This document shows positions 10,608 to 20,400 of a stretch of DNA of 64,000 nt, in pieces. Every line of letters begins with the position of its first letter. Within the stretch, counting starts at the first letter, position 1. The notes beneath the pieces are model-generated. The model was given only the letters and a program-made list of their open reading frames with translations, did no database searches and had not been told where the DNA came from. This DNA is from Gemmatimonadota bacterium (GTDB lineage Bacteria > Gemmatimonadota > Gemmatimonadetes > Palauibacterales > Palauibacteraceae), in the NCBI GenBank assembly GCA_022820995.1, contig JAJEEM010000061.1, positions 12,582 to 76,581 of the forward strand, written 5' to 3'. The translations under genes were made by a program, and so were the position numbers.

Positions 10608-10660
10608 GCCATCCATCCTCCACTACGGGGTTCTTCGCAAGAGAAAGGGGTTACGTACCG

Positions 10661-11365
10661 TCAGTCGGCTGCAGAGTTCCGGAAGGGAAGCCGCAGCGCC
10701 AGGAAGAGCCCGATGGCCACAGGTTCGAGTAGCAGAATATACCAGGGCCAGTCCGGGAAGAAGTCCAGTATCGATGCCGCCGGCGGCTTGTCGATGAGAT
10801 ACAGGTAGTTGGACCCGAGCACGCGATTGAGCGGATACAGCGCGACGGCGTACACGTTCATCAGGCCGAGCGCCAGCCAGGGATCGCGCGCCTTCGGCCG
10901 GTAGTCCTCCACCGTCACCGCCCATACGCCCGCAATGACGGCGATTCCGTGCGACGCCATCGTCTCGTAGAAGGCGAAGTGGTGAATGCCGTGCGCTGCA
11001 TCGGGCGTCAGCACGGCCTGGATCGCCCCCCCGACGCCGAAGAAGTACATGAGCCGAAGAGCCCACAGGTGCCGCGTCCACAGCCCGTACACCGTCAACC
11101 AGGCCATCGCCGCGCACAGGTGCAGCGGGAGGTCGTTCTGAACGGTCCATAGCCCCGCCGAGGCTTTCCACGTGTGCCTGAGGCCGAGGAGGAGGAGGAT
11201 CGCGGCGCCCATGGCGAAGCGGAGTCGGCGCCGCCGGTCCTCGTCGCCGGCCATGCCCGCCCGGATCAGACAGACGCCGACCGCGGCCAGCACGCCCATC
11301 GTCACGAGATGGACCGGGCTGAAGAGATCCAGCGGTACCGACTCCGTCCCGAAGAATTGGCTCAC
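10661..11365 (-). CDS. Polytopic membrane protein (TIGR02206/YwaF-like intramembrane family)
   Basis: Hydrophobic, about 6-7 TM segments, aromatic-rich (LHLCAAMAWLTVYGLW...). GTG start (VSQFFGTE) overlaps the stop of the upstream nagB-like gene. The longer ORF in the track is R-rich artefact in its N-terminal two thirds. Confidence 0.5.
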   Translation of the reverse strand: MSQFFGTESVPLDLFSPVHLVTMGVLAAVGVCLIRAGMAGDEDRRRRLRFAMGAAILLLLGLRHTWKASAGLWTVQNDLPLHLCAAMAWLTVYGLWTRHLWALRLMYFFGVGGAIQAVLTPDAAHGIHHFAFYETMASHGIAVIAGVWAVTVEDYRPKARDPWLALGLMNVYAVALYPLNRVLGSNYLYLIDKPPAASILDFFPDWPWYILLLEPVAIGLFLALRLPFRNSAAD

Positions 11366-13299
11366 GCGTCCGGGTCCGCGAGGGACGAAGTCGGGATTTC
11401 GGGCCCCTCCACCCTGCGGCCCTCCCGCAGCGTCACGTACGCCTCCATGGCGTAATAGGCCGGCAGGCCCAGTGCGGCGAGCCGGTTGGCGGTATCCCGG
11501 TTTCGTTCGACGACGCGCTGCCAGAATTCGCGCGGATCCGGTCCCGGGAAGGGGGCCAGATCCTTCTGCGACTCGTGTCGGAAGATCGCCTGGACCTTGC
11601 CGCGCAGTTCGCCTTCGGAGAGCGGCACGAGGACCGTCGCTTCGTCCAGGCTCCACTCCTGCCAGGCGCCGCGGTAGAGCCAGAGCCACGGCGGGTCGCC
11701 GCGGTAGCGGGCGAGCGCCGCCTCCACCGTCTCGAGACACATGCGGTGCGTGCCGTGCGGATCGGACAGGTCCCCGGCGGCGAACACGATCGTCGGCCGC
11801 ACCTCCTCCAACAGCCGCGCGACGATCTCCACGTCCTCCGACGTGATCGGGTTCTTCTTCACCGCTCCCGTCTGATAGAACGGCTGGTTCAGAAAGCGGG
11901 CGCGGTCGGCGGAGAGCCCCAGCGATTCGATCGCGGCCGTGGCCTCGGTCTCGCGGATGATCCGCTTGAGTTGCTGAACCACGCCGGGATCGACGCCCCC
12001 CGGCTCCTTGCGGGCAAGCCGGCCTTCGAGAGACCGCAGCACCCCATCGAGGTCCGCCGCGTCGCCGAGGTCGATGACGCCGGCCGCGCGCCGCAGGAAG
12101 TCCAGGTGCCGGCGCACCTCGTGGTCGAAGACGGCGATGTTCCCGGACGTCTGATACGCCACGGTGACGTGGTTGCCGTTCTCGACGAGTTTGCGCAACA
12201 GTCCGCCCATCGAGATCACATCGTCGTCCGGGTGAGGCGAGAAGACGACGATGTTCTGGCCGCGCGGCAGCCGGCTCTTCCCCCGGATCTTGGAGATGAG
12301 CGCGTTGAACACCTGTCCGTTGAGCGGCTCGGCCGAACCGTGCCTGGACGTGAGCGGGGCGAGGTGGTTCGCGCGATAGTCGTCGGTCGCGAGGTGCAGG
12401 ATCGACTTGTCGGTGCGTTCGCTCAGCCAGATGACGGCCGCGGTCTCGCGCTCCGCCGTCCACTCCACGTCGCCCACGAGCCACGGCGTGCGGACGCGGG
12501 TGAGATCGGAAGCGGCGGCCGGGTCGAGATAGACCGTCGCGGCGGCGTGCTGCTGAAGAAAGGTCGCGGCGACGTCCGCGTGGACCTCCCCCTCGACCGC
12601 TCGACGCACGATCCCGGCCTTGTGTTCGCCGGTCGCGAGCAGGACGACTTCCCGCGCTTCGAGGATCGTGGCCACGCCCATCGTGATCGCCTGCGGCGGC
12701 ACGTTCTCCTCGCCGAAGAAATCGGCGGCGGCGTCGCTCCGCGTGACGGTGTCCAGGTAGAGCCGCCGGGTGCGCGAGTCGCGCTCGGACCCCGGCTCGT
12801 TGAAGCCGATGTGACCGCTGCGCCCGATCCCGAGAATCTGCAAATCGATCCCGCCCGCCTGCCGGATTCGGCGCTCGTACTCGACGCAGTGGGCCTCGAC
12901 GTCCGCTTCCGGCACATCGCCGCGAGGGCCGTGGCATTGCTCGGGAGCGATGTTCACATGGTCGAACAGGTGCTCCCGCATGTAGCGGTGATAGCTGTGG
13001 AGGCTGCCGGGCCGCATCGGGAAGTACTCGTCGAGGTTGAAGGCGACCGCGTTGGAGAAGTCGAGTCCCTCGTCCCGATGCAGGCGGATGAGTTCCCGAT
13101 ACACGCCGACGGGCGTGGCGCCGGTGGCGAGGCCGAGAACGGCGGGGCTCCCGTTCTCGGCCCTCTCCCGCAGTAGAGCCGCGATCCGGCCGGCGACTTC
13201 GGCGGCGATGCTGTCGTGGTCCGGCATGACCCGGACCGGCACACGTTCCCTCCGCGCGTGTGCGGCGACGCTCATCCGATCATCCGCCGATCGTGGCAC
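11362..13299 (-). CDS. Glucosamine-6-phosphate deaminase-like domain fused to LmbE/PIG-L-type N-acetylglucosaminyl deacetylase domain
   Basis: N-terminal NagB/6-phosphogluconolactonase fold (GLATGATPVGVY...ILGIGRSGHIGFNEPGS). C-terminal 'VVFSPHPDDDVISMGGLL...PHGTH' zinc-dependent LmbE motif. The exact start is uncertain. Confidence 0.75.
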   Translation of the reverse strand: MPRSADDRMSVAAHARRERVPVRVMPDHDSIAAEVAGRIAALLRERAENGSPAVLGLATGATPVGVYRELIRLHRDEGLDFSNAVAFNLDEYFPMRPGSLHSYHRYMREHLFDHVNIAPEQCHGPRGDVPEADVEAHCVEYERRIRQAGGIDLQILGIGRSGHIGFNEPGSERDSRTRRLYLDTVTRSDAAADFFGEENVPPQAITMGVATILEAREVVLLATGEHKAGIVRRAVEGEVHADVAATFLQQHAAATVYLDPAAASDLTRVRTPWLVGDVEWTAERETAAVIWLSERTDKSILHLATDDYRANHLAPLTSRHGSAEPLNGQVFNALISKIRGKSRLPRGQNIVVFSPHPDDDVISMGGLLRKLVENGNHVTVAYQTSGNIAVFDHEVRRHLDFLRRAAGVIDLGDAADLDGVLRSLEGRLARKEPGGVDPGVVQQLKRIIRETEATAAIESLGLSADRARFLNQPFYQTGAVKKNPITSEDVEIVARLLEEVRPTIVFAAGDLSDPHGTHRMCLETVEAALARYRGDPPWLWLYRGAWQEWSLDEATVLVPLSEGELRGKVQAIFRHESQKDLAPFPGPDPREFWQRVVERNRDTANRLAALGLPAYYAMEAYVTLREGRRVEGPEIPTSSLADPDA

Positions 13300-13305
13300 A
13301 CGTCG

Positions 13306-16143
13306 CTAGGGGACCTTCTGCTCCGGAAGCAGCACGAACCGGGCGTACTGGTCGGTGCGGAGGTAACGGACGGCGGCCTGTTGCACCTGCTCCGCGGTCC
13401 AGCTCTCGATCCGCTCGTAGCTCGGGATCCCGTTCAGGTCCCGGCCGGCCCGCTCGAAGGAGGCCAGTTGCGACAGCCAATACCGGTTCTCCTGCAGGCT
13501 CGTCTCCTTCGCGCGGCGCTGCGTCTCGCGGACCTTGTCGACGGTCTCCGCGTCCGGTCCCTCCGCCTTCAGACGCTCGATCTCCTCGAACACGGCTTCG
13601 GACAACTCCTCCGCGCGTTCCGGATCCGACCCGAAGGAGATGGTGAAGCGGTACTCCTCGTCGGGCCGGTAGCTCAGCGACCCGCCGACGCCGACGCCGT
13701 AGGTGCCGCCGAGGTCTTCGCGCAGCACCTCCCGGAGGCGGATGTCCAGGACGTCCGCCATGGCCGAGATCGCGTTCGACTCCTCCAGCGAGTATTCCGC
13801 TTCGCCCGCGAAGATGATCTGCGTACGGCTCTGCGGCTCCAGACCCTTGTAGACGGTCGTTTCGATCGTCCCCGCGGGCGGATCGATCCCGAGGTCCCGC
13901 CAGGTCTCGACACGCCCGAGATTCGGAAGCGCCCCGAGATACTGCTCCACGAGCGGCCGGATCGTCGCGAGATCGAAGGCCCCCGTGAAGTAGAAAGTGA
14001 AGTCGCTCGCGTCCGCGAAACGGTCGAGATAGAAGTCGTACGCCGCGTCGAGATCGGCCTGCTCCAGGTACTCCGCAAACTGCGACAGCCTGATCACTCG
14101 TGGGTGCCCCTGCGACATCGTGGCCGAGACCGTGTCCGAGAACACGACACCGGGGTTTGCTCCCGCGTTCGCGAGGAACGCCGTCTGCTGGGCCTTCAGC
14201 GCCTCGAACATCGTCTCGTCCCGGCGCGGGGCGGAGAAGTACAGGTAGATGAGCTGGAACGCGGTTTCCACGTCCTGCGGAGACGCCGATCCACTGACCC
14301 CCTCCGACAGCGAGCCCACTGAAGCGGCGACGCGCACCGCCTTGCCGGCCAGCTTTTTCGTCAGCGCCGTCTGGTCGAACTCGCCGACGCCGGACTGGCT
14401 CACGACGCTGAGGGCGAACGACACGCGTCGGTAAAGGTCATCGGATATGATCGATGTGCCTCCGGGGCTCGTCGCGGAGAAGAGGATCTCGTCGTCCTTG
14501 AAGTCCGTGGGCTTGAGGACGACCCGGACGCCGTTCTCGAGGGTCCATATCGTGACCCCCACCTCGTCGAGGACCTCCTCGCTCGCGACGGGTACTCCAT
14601 CGGGAGCGACCGGAAGGAGCGGGGCATCGGCCGCCTCGTCCTCGTAGGCCTCGACCTCTCGCCCGCCCACGGCGGCGAACACGCCCAGGAGGTCGTCCTC
14701 CGACGGGGGTTCCAGGCCTTCCTTCGTGGGCGCGCTGGCGAGAACGACGCGTCCCTGCTCGGCCAGCCACGCCTGGGCGACGCCGTTCGTCTCCTCCAGC
14801 GTGATGCCGGGGAGGAAGGCGTCCACCAACTCCATCTGCGTCTCGAGGGCCGGGTAGGAGCTCCCCTGCAGGAACACCTGTATGTAGCGGCTCGCGAGCG
14901 CGCCGGACTCCTGGTTCTCCCGCTCGGCCAGGCGGCGTTCGTATCCCCGCCGGGTGTTGGTCTTTTCGCGGTCCAGTTCACTGTCGGTGAACCCGTTCTG
15001 AACGACGCGCTCGGCCTCGGTGAGGAGCGCTTCGAGCCCGCGCTCGATGCCGTCCTCGGCGACGACCGCGACGAGCTGGTAGGCATCCACGCCGCGCGCG
15101 AACTGCCCCTGGCCCGAAAAACCGAACATGAACGGCGGGTCGGCCTGGAGCCGGAGTTCGTTCAGCCGCGCGTTCAGCATGCCCGAGTAGAGCCCTTCGA
15201 CCAGACCGCGGCGGAAGTCGCCGATCGTGCCGCGCGGGGCGGGCGGCTGCTTGTACAGCACGCCGACCTGGCTTCCCGGCGCTTCGGGGTCGGTCGCGAT
15301 CGTGACGAGCGGCGGATGGTCGATCGGGACTTCGACCGCAATCCGGGGACGCGGTTCCGCGGGGCCGGTCAGCCCTGCGAACCGCTCGCGAATCGTCGCT
15401 TCGATTTCGGCGCCGTCAAAATCGCCGACGGCGATGATCGCCATCAGATCCGGCCGGTACCAGTCCTCGTAGAAGCTGCGCAGCCGCTCGGCGGGCGCCG
15501 TCTCGAGGATCTCCGGCTTCCCGATCGGGAGTCGCTCCGCATACAGCGACCCCTGGAAGAGGACCGGGAATTGCCGGTCCTGTATCCGCGCTCCGGCCCC
15601 CCGCCGTCCGCGCCATTCCTCGATCACGACCCCGCGCTCCTTGTCGACCTCCTCCGGGTCGAAGAGCACGCCCTGGGCCCAGTCCTCGAGGATTCGGAAC
15701 GCGGTGGCCAGCATCTCCGGGTCGTCCATCGGCACCTGGAGCATGTAGACCGTCTCGTCGAAGCTCGTGTACGCGTTGATATCGGGGCCGAACTGCATGC
15801 CGATCGACTCGAGATAGTCGACGAGCGCCTGCTTCTCGAAGTTCTCCGTGCCGTTGAACGCCATGTGCTCGACGAAATGCGCGAGCCCGAGCTGGTTTTC
15901 GTCCTCGAGGATGGAGCCCGCGTTCACGACGAGGCGCAGTTCCGCCCGGTTCTCAGGCTGATCGTTCTCGTGCACGAAATAGCGCAGGCCGTTGTCGAGC
16001 GTCCCGGTGATGACGGCCGGGTCCGGCGGAATCGGGTCCGTCGGGGCCGGGGTCTGCGCCGCCGCTCCGGGAGCGGAGAGGGACGAGAGGAGGATGACGG
16101 CGATCGAAACGAAAGCGAAGCCGGGCAAGCGGGACGTCTTCAT
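13306..16143 (-). CDS. Secreted M16 (pitrilysin/insulinase) family zinc peptidase, two-unit (about 945 aa)
   Basis: Signal peptide MKTSRLPGFAFVSIAVILLSSLSAPGAAAQ. Inverted zinc motif 'HFVEHMAFNG' (HxxEH), and a second inactive M16 half. Confidence 0.85.
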   Translation of the reverse strand: MKTSRLPGFAFVSIAVILLSSLSAPGAAAQTPAPTDPIPPDPAVITGTLDNGLRYFVHENDQPENRAELRLVVNAGSILEDENQLGLAHFVEHMAFNGTENFEKQALVDYLESIGMQFGPDINAYTSFDETVYMLQVPMDDPEMLATAFRILEDWAQGVLFDPEEVDKERGVVIEEWRGRRGAGARIQDRQFPVLFQGSLYAERLPIGKPEILETAPAERLRSFYEDWYRPDLMAIIAVGDFDGAEIEATIRERFAGLTGPAEPRPRIAVEVPIDHPPLVTIATDPEAPGSQVGVLYKQPPAPRGTIGDFRRGLVEGLYSGMLNARLNELRLQADPPFMFGFSGQGQFARGVDAYQLVAVVAEDGIERGLEALLTEAERVVQNGFTDSELDREKTNTRRGYERRLAERENQESGALASRYIQVFLQGSSYPALETQMELVDAFLPGITLEETNGVAQAWLAEQGRVVLASAPTKEGLEPPSEDDLLGVFAAVGGREVEAYEDEAADAPLLPVAPDGVPVASEEVLDEVGVTIWTLENGVRVVLKPTDFKDDEILFSATSPGGTSIISDDLYRRVSFALSVVSQSGVGEFDQTALTKKLAGKAVRVAASVGSLSEGVSGSASPQDVETAFQLIYLYFSAPRRDETMFEALKAQQTAFLANAGANPGVVFSDTVSATMSQGHPRVIRLSQFAEYLEQADLDAAYDFYLDRFADASDFTFYFTGAFDLATIRPLVEQYLGALPNLGRVETWRDLGIDPPAGTIETTVYKGLEPQSRTQIIFAGEAEYSLEESNAISAMADVLDIRLREVLREDLGGTYGVGVGGSLSYRPDEEYRFTISFGSDPERAEELSEAVFEEIERLKAEGPDAETVDKVRETQRRAKETSLQENRYWLSQLASFERAGRDLNGIPSYERIESWTAEQVQQAAVRYLRTDQYARFVLLPEQKVP

Positions 16144-16379
16144 CGATAACTCTCGGCAAAAGGAAGTAGCCTCCGGGGTGGAGGCCACCAAGATAGCCGA
16201 CGTTCCCCGGGGGCGCATACGCGACGGGAAGGCCATGCGGGTCTGGCCGGATTCGAGCGCCGGATGCGACACTGGTGTACGGTTCGCGCGCACCCGCAGC
16301 TGTGGACGGCGGTGAATCGCTCGCTTCGGGTCGAATACGGGGAAGGGGAGGAACGAGTCGTGCTCAACAGCGGTTCGAC

Positions 16380-17369
16380 ATGAGATGGCGCAGCGTCTTC
16401 ACGCTGGCGAAAGTCGTCACGTGCATCCTCGCCACCGTCGCCGTCATTGCGGCGCTCGCGTGGTCGCAGGCCCAGCCCTCCACCTCGACCGTGGTTGACG
16501 AGACGAGCGGCGTCGGTACGGAATCGTCCGCGCCTTCGGAAGGGCCCGCCTGGGCTCCGGAGGACCGGGCGATCTTCGAGGAGAAGGTGCGGTTCGCCGC
16601 GGAGCGCGGGCTCGCGGAGATGGACCTGGGCGACGCCATCGTGCAGCTGGCCGAGACCTTCGTCGGGACGACGTACGAACCCGGCACGCTCGAAGTCCCC
16701 GGACCCGAGCGGCTCGTGATCAACTTCCGCGAACTCGACTGCGTGACGCTCGTCGAGACCGTCCTCGCCCTGACGCGGTTCGCCCGCGAGCAGGGCGTCG
16801 AGGCCCTTGCGGATCCCCCCGGCGCGCAGGCCCGGTACGAGGCCCACTTGACGGCGCTCCGATATCGCGGGGGCCGGCTCGACGGATACCCGAGCCGTCT
16901 GCACTACTTCTCGGAGTGGCTCGCGGACAACGAAGCCCGGGGGATCGTGCGCATCGCGACGGGGGATCTGGACCCCGACATCGATTCCGAGCCCGTCAAC
17001 TTCATGTCCCGGCACCCCGAAGCGTATCGGCAACTCTCCGAGCCCGGCGTGCTCCGGGCCATCGCGGCCACCGAGGCGCGGCTCGGCGAGGGACCCGGCC
17101 GGGAATACGTGCCGCAGGACCGGATCGCGCAGGTGGCGGACCGGATCCGCAACGGCGACGTGATCGCGGCGACTTCGACCGTCGAAGGGCTGGACGTCGC
17201 CCACACGGGATTCGCCGTGTGGCGCGACGGGGCGCTTCACCTTCTCCACGCGCCTCTGGTGGGGAAGTCCGTGGAGATATCGGAACGTCCCCTCGCCGAG
17301 CGGATCCTCTCCATCGGCTCCCAGGATGGCATCATGGTCGCGCGCCCCGTCGAACCGCCCCGCCGGTAG
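16380..17369 (+). CDS. DUF1460 family protein (N-acetylmuramoyl-L-alanine amidase-like fold), exported
   Basis: Signal/TM N-terminus, then 'FRELDCVTLVETVLALTRF...LHYFSEWLADNEARG' characteristic of DUF1460. Divergent from the M16 peptidase gene. Confidence 0.6.
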   Translation: MRWRSVFTLAKVVTCILATVAVIAALAWSQAQPSTSTVVDETSGVGTESSAPSEGPAWAPEDRAIFEEKVRFAAERGLAEMDLGDAIVQLAETFVGTTYEPGTLEVPGPERLVINFRELDCVTLVETVLALTRFAREQGVEALADPPGAQARYEAHLTALRYRGGRLDGYPSRLHYFSEWLADNEARGIVRIATGDLDPDIDSEPVNFMSRHPEAYRQLSEPGVLRAIAATEARLGEGPGREYVPQDRIAQVADRIRNGDVIAATSTVEGLDVAHTGFAVWRDGALHLLHAPLVGKSVEISERPLAERILSIGSQDGIMVARPVEPPRR

Positions 17370-17419
17370 CCCGCGGGCCGCCCCGCCTCGAAGTCGGAGC
17401 CGGCCCGCGACGGCGCCGG

Positions 17420-20400
17420 CTAGTTGATCGTGTAGGTCATGCCGGCCTTGATCCGCCGTCCCTTGGGATCGTGCGTGAGGCCGTCGTACGCCCCCTCCTG
17501 ATTCACGAGCGGCGGCGCCGAATCGAACAGGTTGAAGCCCGTCACGAAGGCGTCGATGTCGTCCGTCAGCCTCATCATGAGCGTGGCATCGAACGTGGCG
17601 AAGGCATCGATGACGCGGTGTGCGTACGTCGGATCGCCCGCGTTGAGGTCGTCCTCGTAGGAGGAGATGTAGTTGACGTTGCCGATGGCCGAGTAGCGCT
17701 CGCCGTGGTATCCGACCGATGTCGACCACTTCCACCGAGGCAGCGGCCAGGCGAGCGGATTGAAGCGGTTGAGCTTCCCGGCCCCCTCCGTCGCGCCCAC
17801 CAGCTCCACATTGTTGAACTGAAGCGCCTTGATGTCGTAGGTGCGCGTGTAGGTGCCGTCGATGCCGAGCGACAATTCGCCGTTTCCGAGCGTGCGGCGC
17901 GTGGACAGGCTCCAGTCGAAGCCCGACGTCTGCATGCCGGGCCAGTTGATCAGGTCGATCCGGATGCGCTCGATGAGGGCCGAGTCGCAGGTCCCGGTGT
18001 TCCACCCGTCCGGGCACTTCACGAATTCCTGCACGGCGGCCCGGCTTGCCCCGCCCTGGTGGTAGAGGCTCGTGATGCTCGAATGGGGAATCACGTTGAT
18101 CACGTCCCTGAAGTCGTACGTCCAGTAATCGAACGTCGCCTGCAGGCGGCTCGGATAGTGGAAGAAGATGAGCCCCACGTTGCCGGTCACGGCCCGTTCC
18201 GGGTCGAGATCGGGGTTTCCGAACGTGTCCACCGCCTTGTAGACGTCGACTTCCTGCACGTACTCGAGCGCCGTGATCTGGTCCGTGTTCACGTCGTCCA
18301 CCGATGGGACGCGGAACGTGGACTGAAGCGACCCGCGCAGGGAAAGCTGGTGATCGTCGGATTCGGTCAGGTTCAGCCGCACGGACACCTTCGGGTCGAA
18401 GCTGCTCGCGACATCGTGGAACTCGTAGTTGGCGGCCACCTGTACGTCGAGCCGGTCCCCGAAACTGAGCGGAATCTCGCCGAAGAAGCGGTGTACCGTC
18501 TGCCCGTCTTCATACGGAAAATACCCCGTCGTGAAAGTGAAGGGCCCCGCCTGCTCGAGACAGGTCCGATCCCCGGGCACCTGGCAGGGGTTGATCGCCT
18601 GGTTGCCCGGGTCGTTGGGGGTTCCCGTCACGTCGAAGCGGCGGAACTGATAACCGAGGGCGTAACCGAGCGTCTCCGTGAACTGGCCCGTGAACGTCGC
18701 CTCCGCCACGAACAGGTCGGCGGTGTTGAAGAGATCGACTTCCTCGTTGATCCAGTCGATGAGTTCCGCGGAGTTGGCTCCGCCGGCCACGTAACCCGGG
18801 TTGTCGGCGTCGGTGTACCGCGTCCCCGGCTGCTCGGCGCGCTGGATCGCGTTGCTGAACGGGTTGTAGAACATGCAGTTGCCCTGTCCCGCCACCGCGC
18901 CACCCGTCGGACCGAGCGACATGCCGGAGGGCGACGTCGGGTCCACGACCACGTCGACGCCGCAGTTCGGGCCCCCGAAGCCGCGGAAGGCAAGGTGCTT
19001 CCGGTAGGCGTACTCGGCGGGCTGGTTCACGTTTCCGGTCGCCCGCGAGTAGCTGAACGAGATGTCCAGATGGCCCTCGGTCGCCTCGAAGTGCCGATCC
19101 AGCGAGGCCGCGATCCGCTGCGTGCGCGACGACCGGTGCAGCGTGCGGCCGGGGCCGCTGTTGCCCACCATCCGCCCGTAGAAGTACCAGTCGTCTTCCA
19201 GGCAGTCGGCGGCGGAGGCGAACCCGGCGTGGGCCGCGTTGGCGGCGCAGAACGCCTGGCGCCCCGGGTTCGCGGACGGCACGATCTGGTTCCCGTCGTA
19301 CAGTGAGATCGGCGGGAACGAGGGCGTCGTGAGCCAGTCGGGGATCGTGGCCTCGGACCACAGCCCCTCGAGGTGGAGCGTCGTGCCCGTGCCGAGCTCG
19401 CTGTTGATCTCGGCGAAGGCTCGGACATGGTTCTGCTTGTCGATCAGGTTGTCGTAGGGCTGGTAGCGGAACCGGCAGGTGACGCCTTCGTTCACGCCGC
19501 CGAAGTTCTCGCACTCCGGATCCACGAACAGACTCGGGTCGGCGCCGAACTGCGAATCGATGAGCGCGCTCACGAACTGCCCGGGAGTCTCGTTCCCGGT
19601 CAGCGTGGGCATAAGGAACGCGCCGGGGTTCCCGTAATAGGACCAGCCGCCCCCGCCGGGTCCCGGATAGGGCCGCAGACCCCAGTCACGCTCCTGCGGC
19701 TTGAGTTCCCGCCGCGCCGCCCACTCGGCGGAGAGGACGACGTTCGTCGACCCCATGCGCCCGCCCCATATCGCGGCCGCGTTCGAGTCTCCCGCCCCGC
19801 TGAAGTAGTCGTGCGCCGCGGTGGCCTCGAAGCCTTCGAAGTCCCGCCGGGTGACGAAGTTCGCGACGCCGGCCACCGCGTCGGAGCCGTAGATCGCGGA
19901 GGCTCCCTCCTTCAACACCTCGATCCGGTCGAGCGCGATGGACGGAAAGGCGTTCACGTCCACGAACCGACCGCCCGGGAGCCTGGACGGCGTGTAGACC
20001 TGCCGGCGCCCGTTCAGGAGGACGAGCGACCGGGAGGCCCCGAGCCCGCGCAGGTTGACGCTCGCGACCGTCTCTGGAACGAGCGTACCGCTGCGGTTGT
20101 ACCAGCTGTTGCGTTCCCCGAGGGAACCGTGGTTGGCCCCGAGCCGCTTGAAGAAGTCCACGACCAGCGGCGATCCCTCCTCCTGCATCGACTCGCGGGT
20201 CGAAACGTCCACCGCATACGGAAGACTGATCGGCGGAGCGGCGAAGTGCGTCCCCGTCACCACCGCCGTCAGCTCCTGCAGCGTCACCGTCCGCAGCGAG
20301 ACGAGTTCCACGTCGACCACGGTCCGGTCGCCCGCCGTAACCGCGACGCCCGCCCGCGTCTCGACCGAGAAGCCGGGATAGACGAATCGCAGCGAATAGC

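Noticed and set aside
11575-13176. 533-aa plus-strand ORF antisense to the NagB-LmbE fusion gene
   Set aside because: Low-complexity, R/D/E-rich. Antisense artefact.
16140-19306. 625-aa (minus) and 796-aa (plus) ORFs across the DUF1460/TonB-receptor region
   Set aside because: Arg-rich artefacts in alternate frames. The receptor and DUF1460 frames have signal peptides and conserved blocks.
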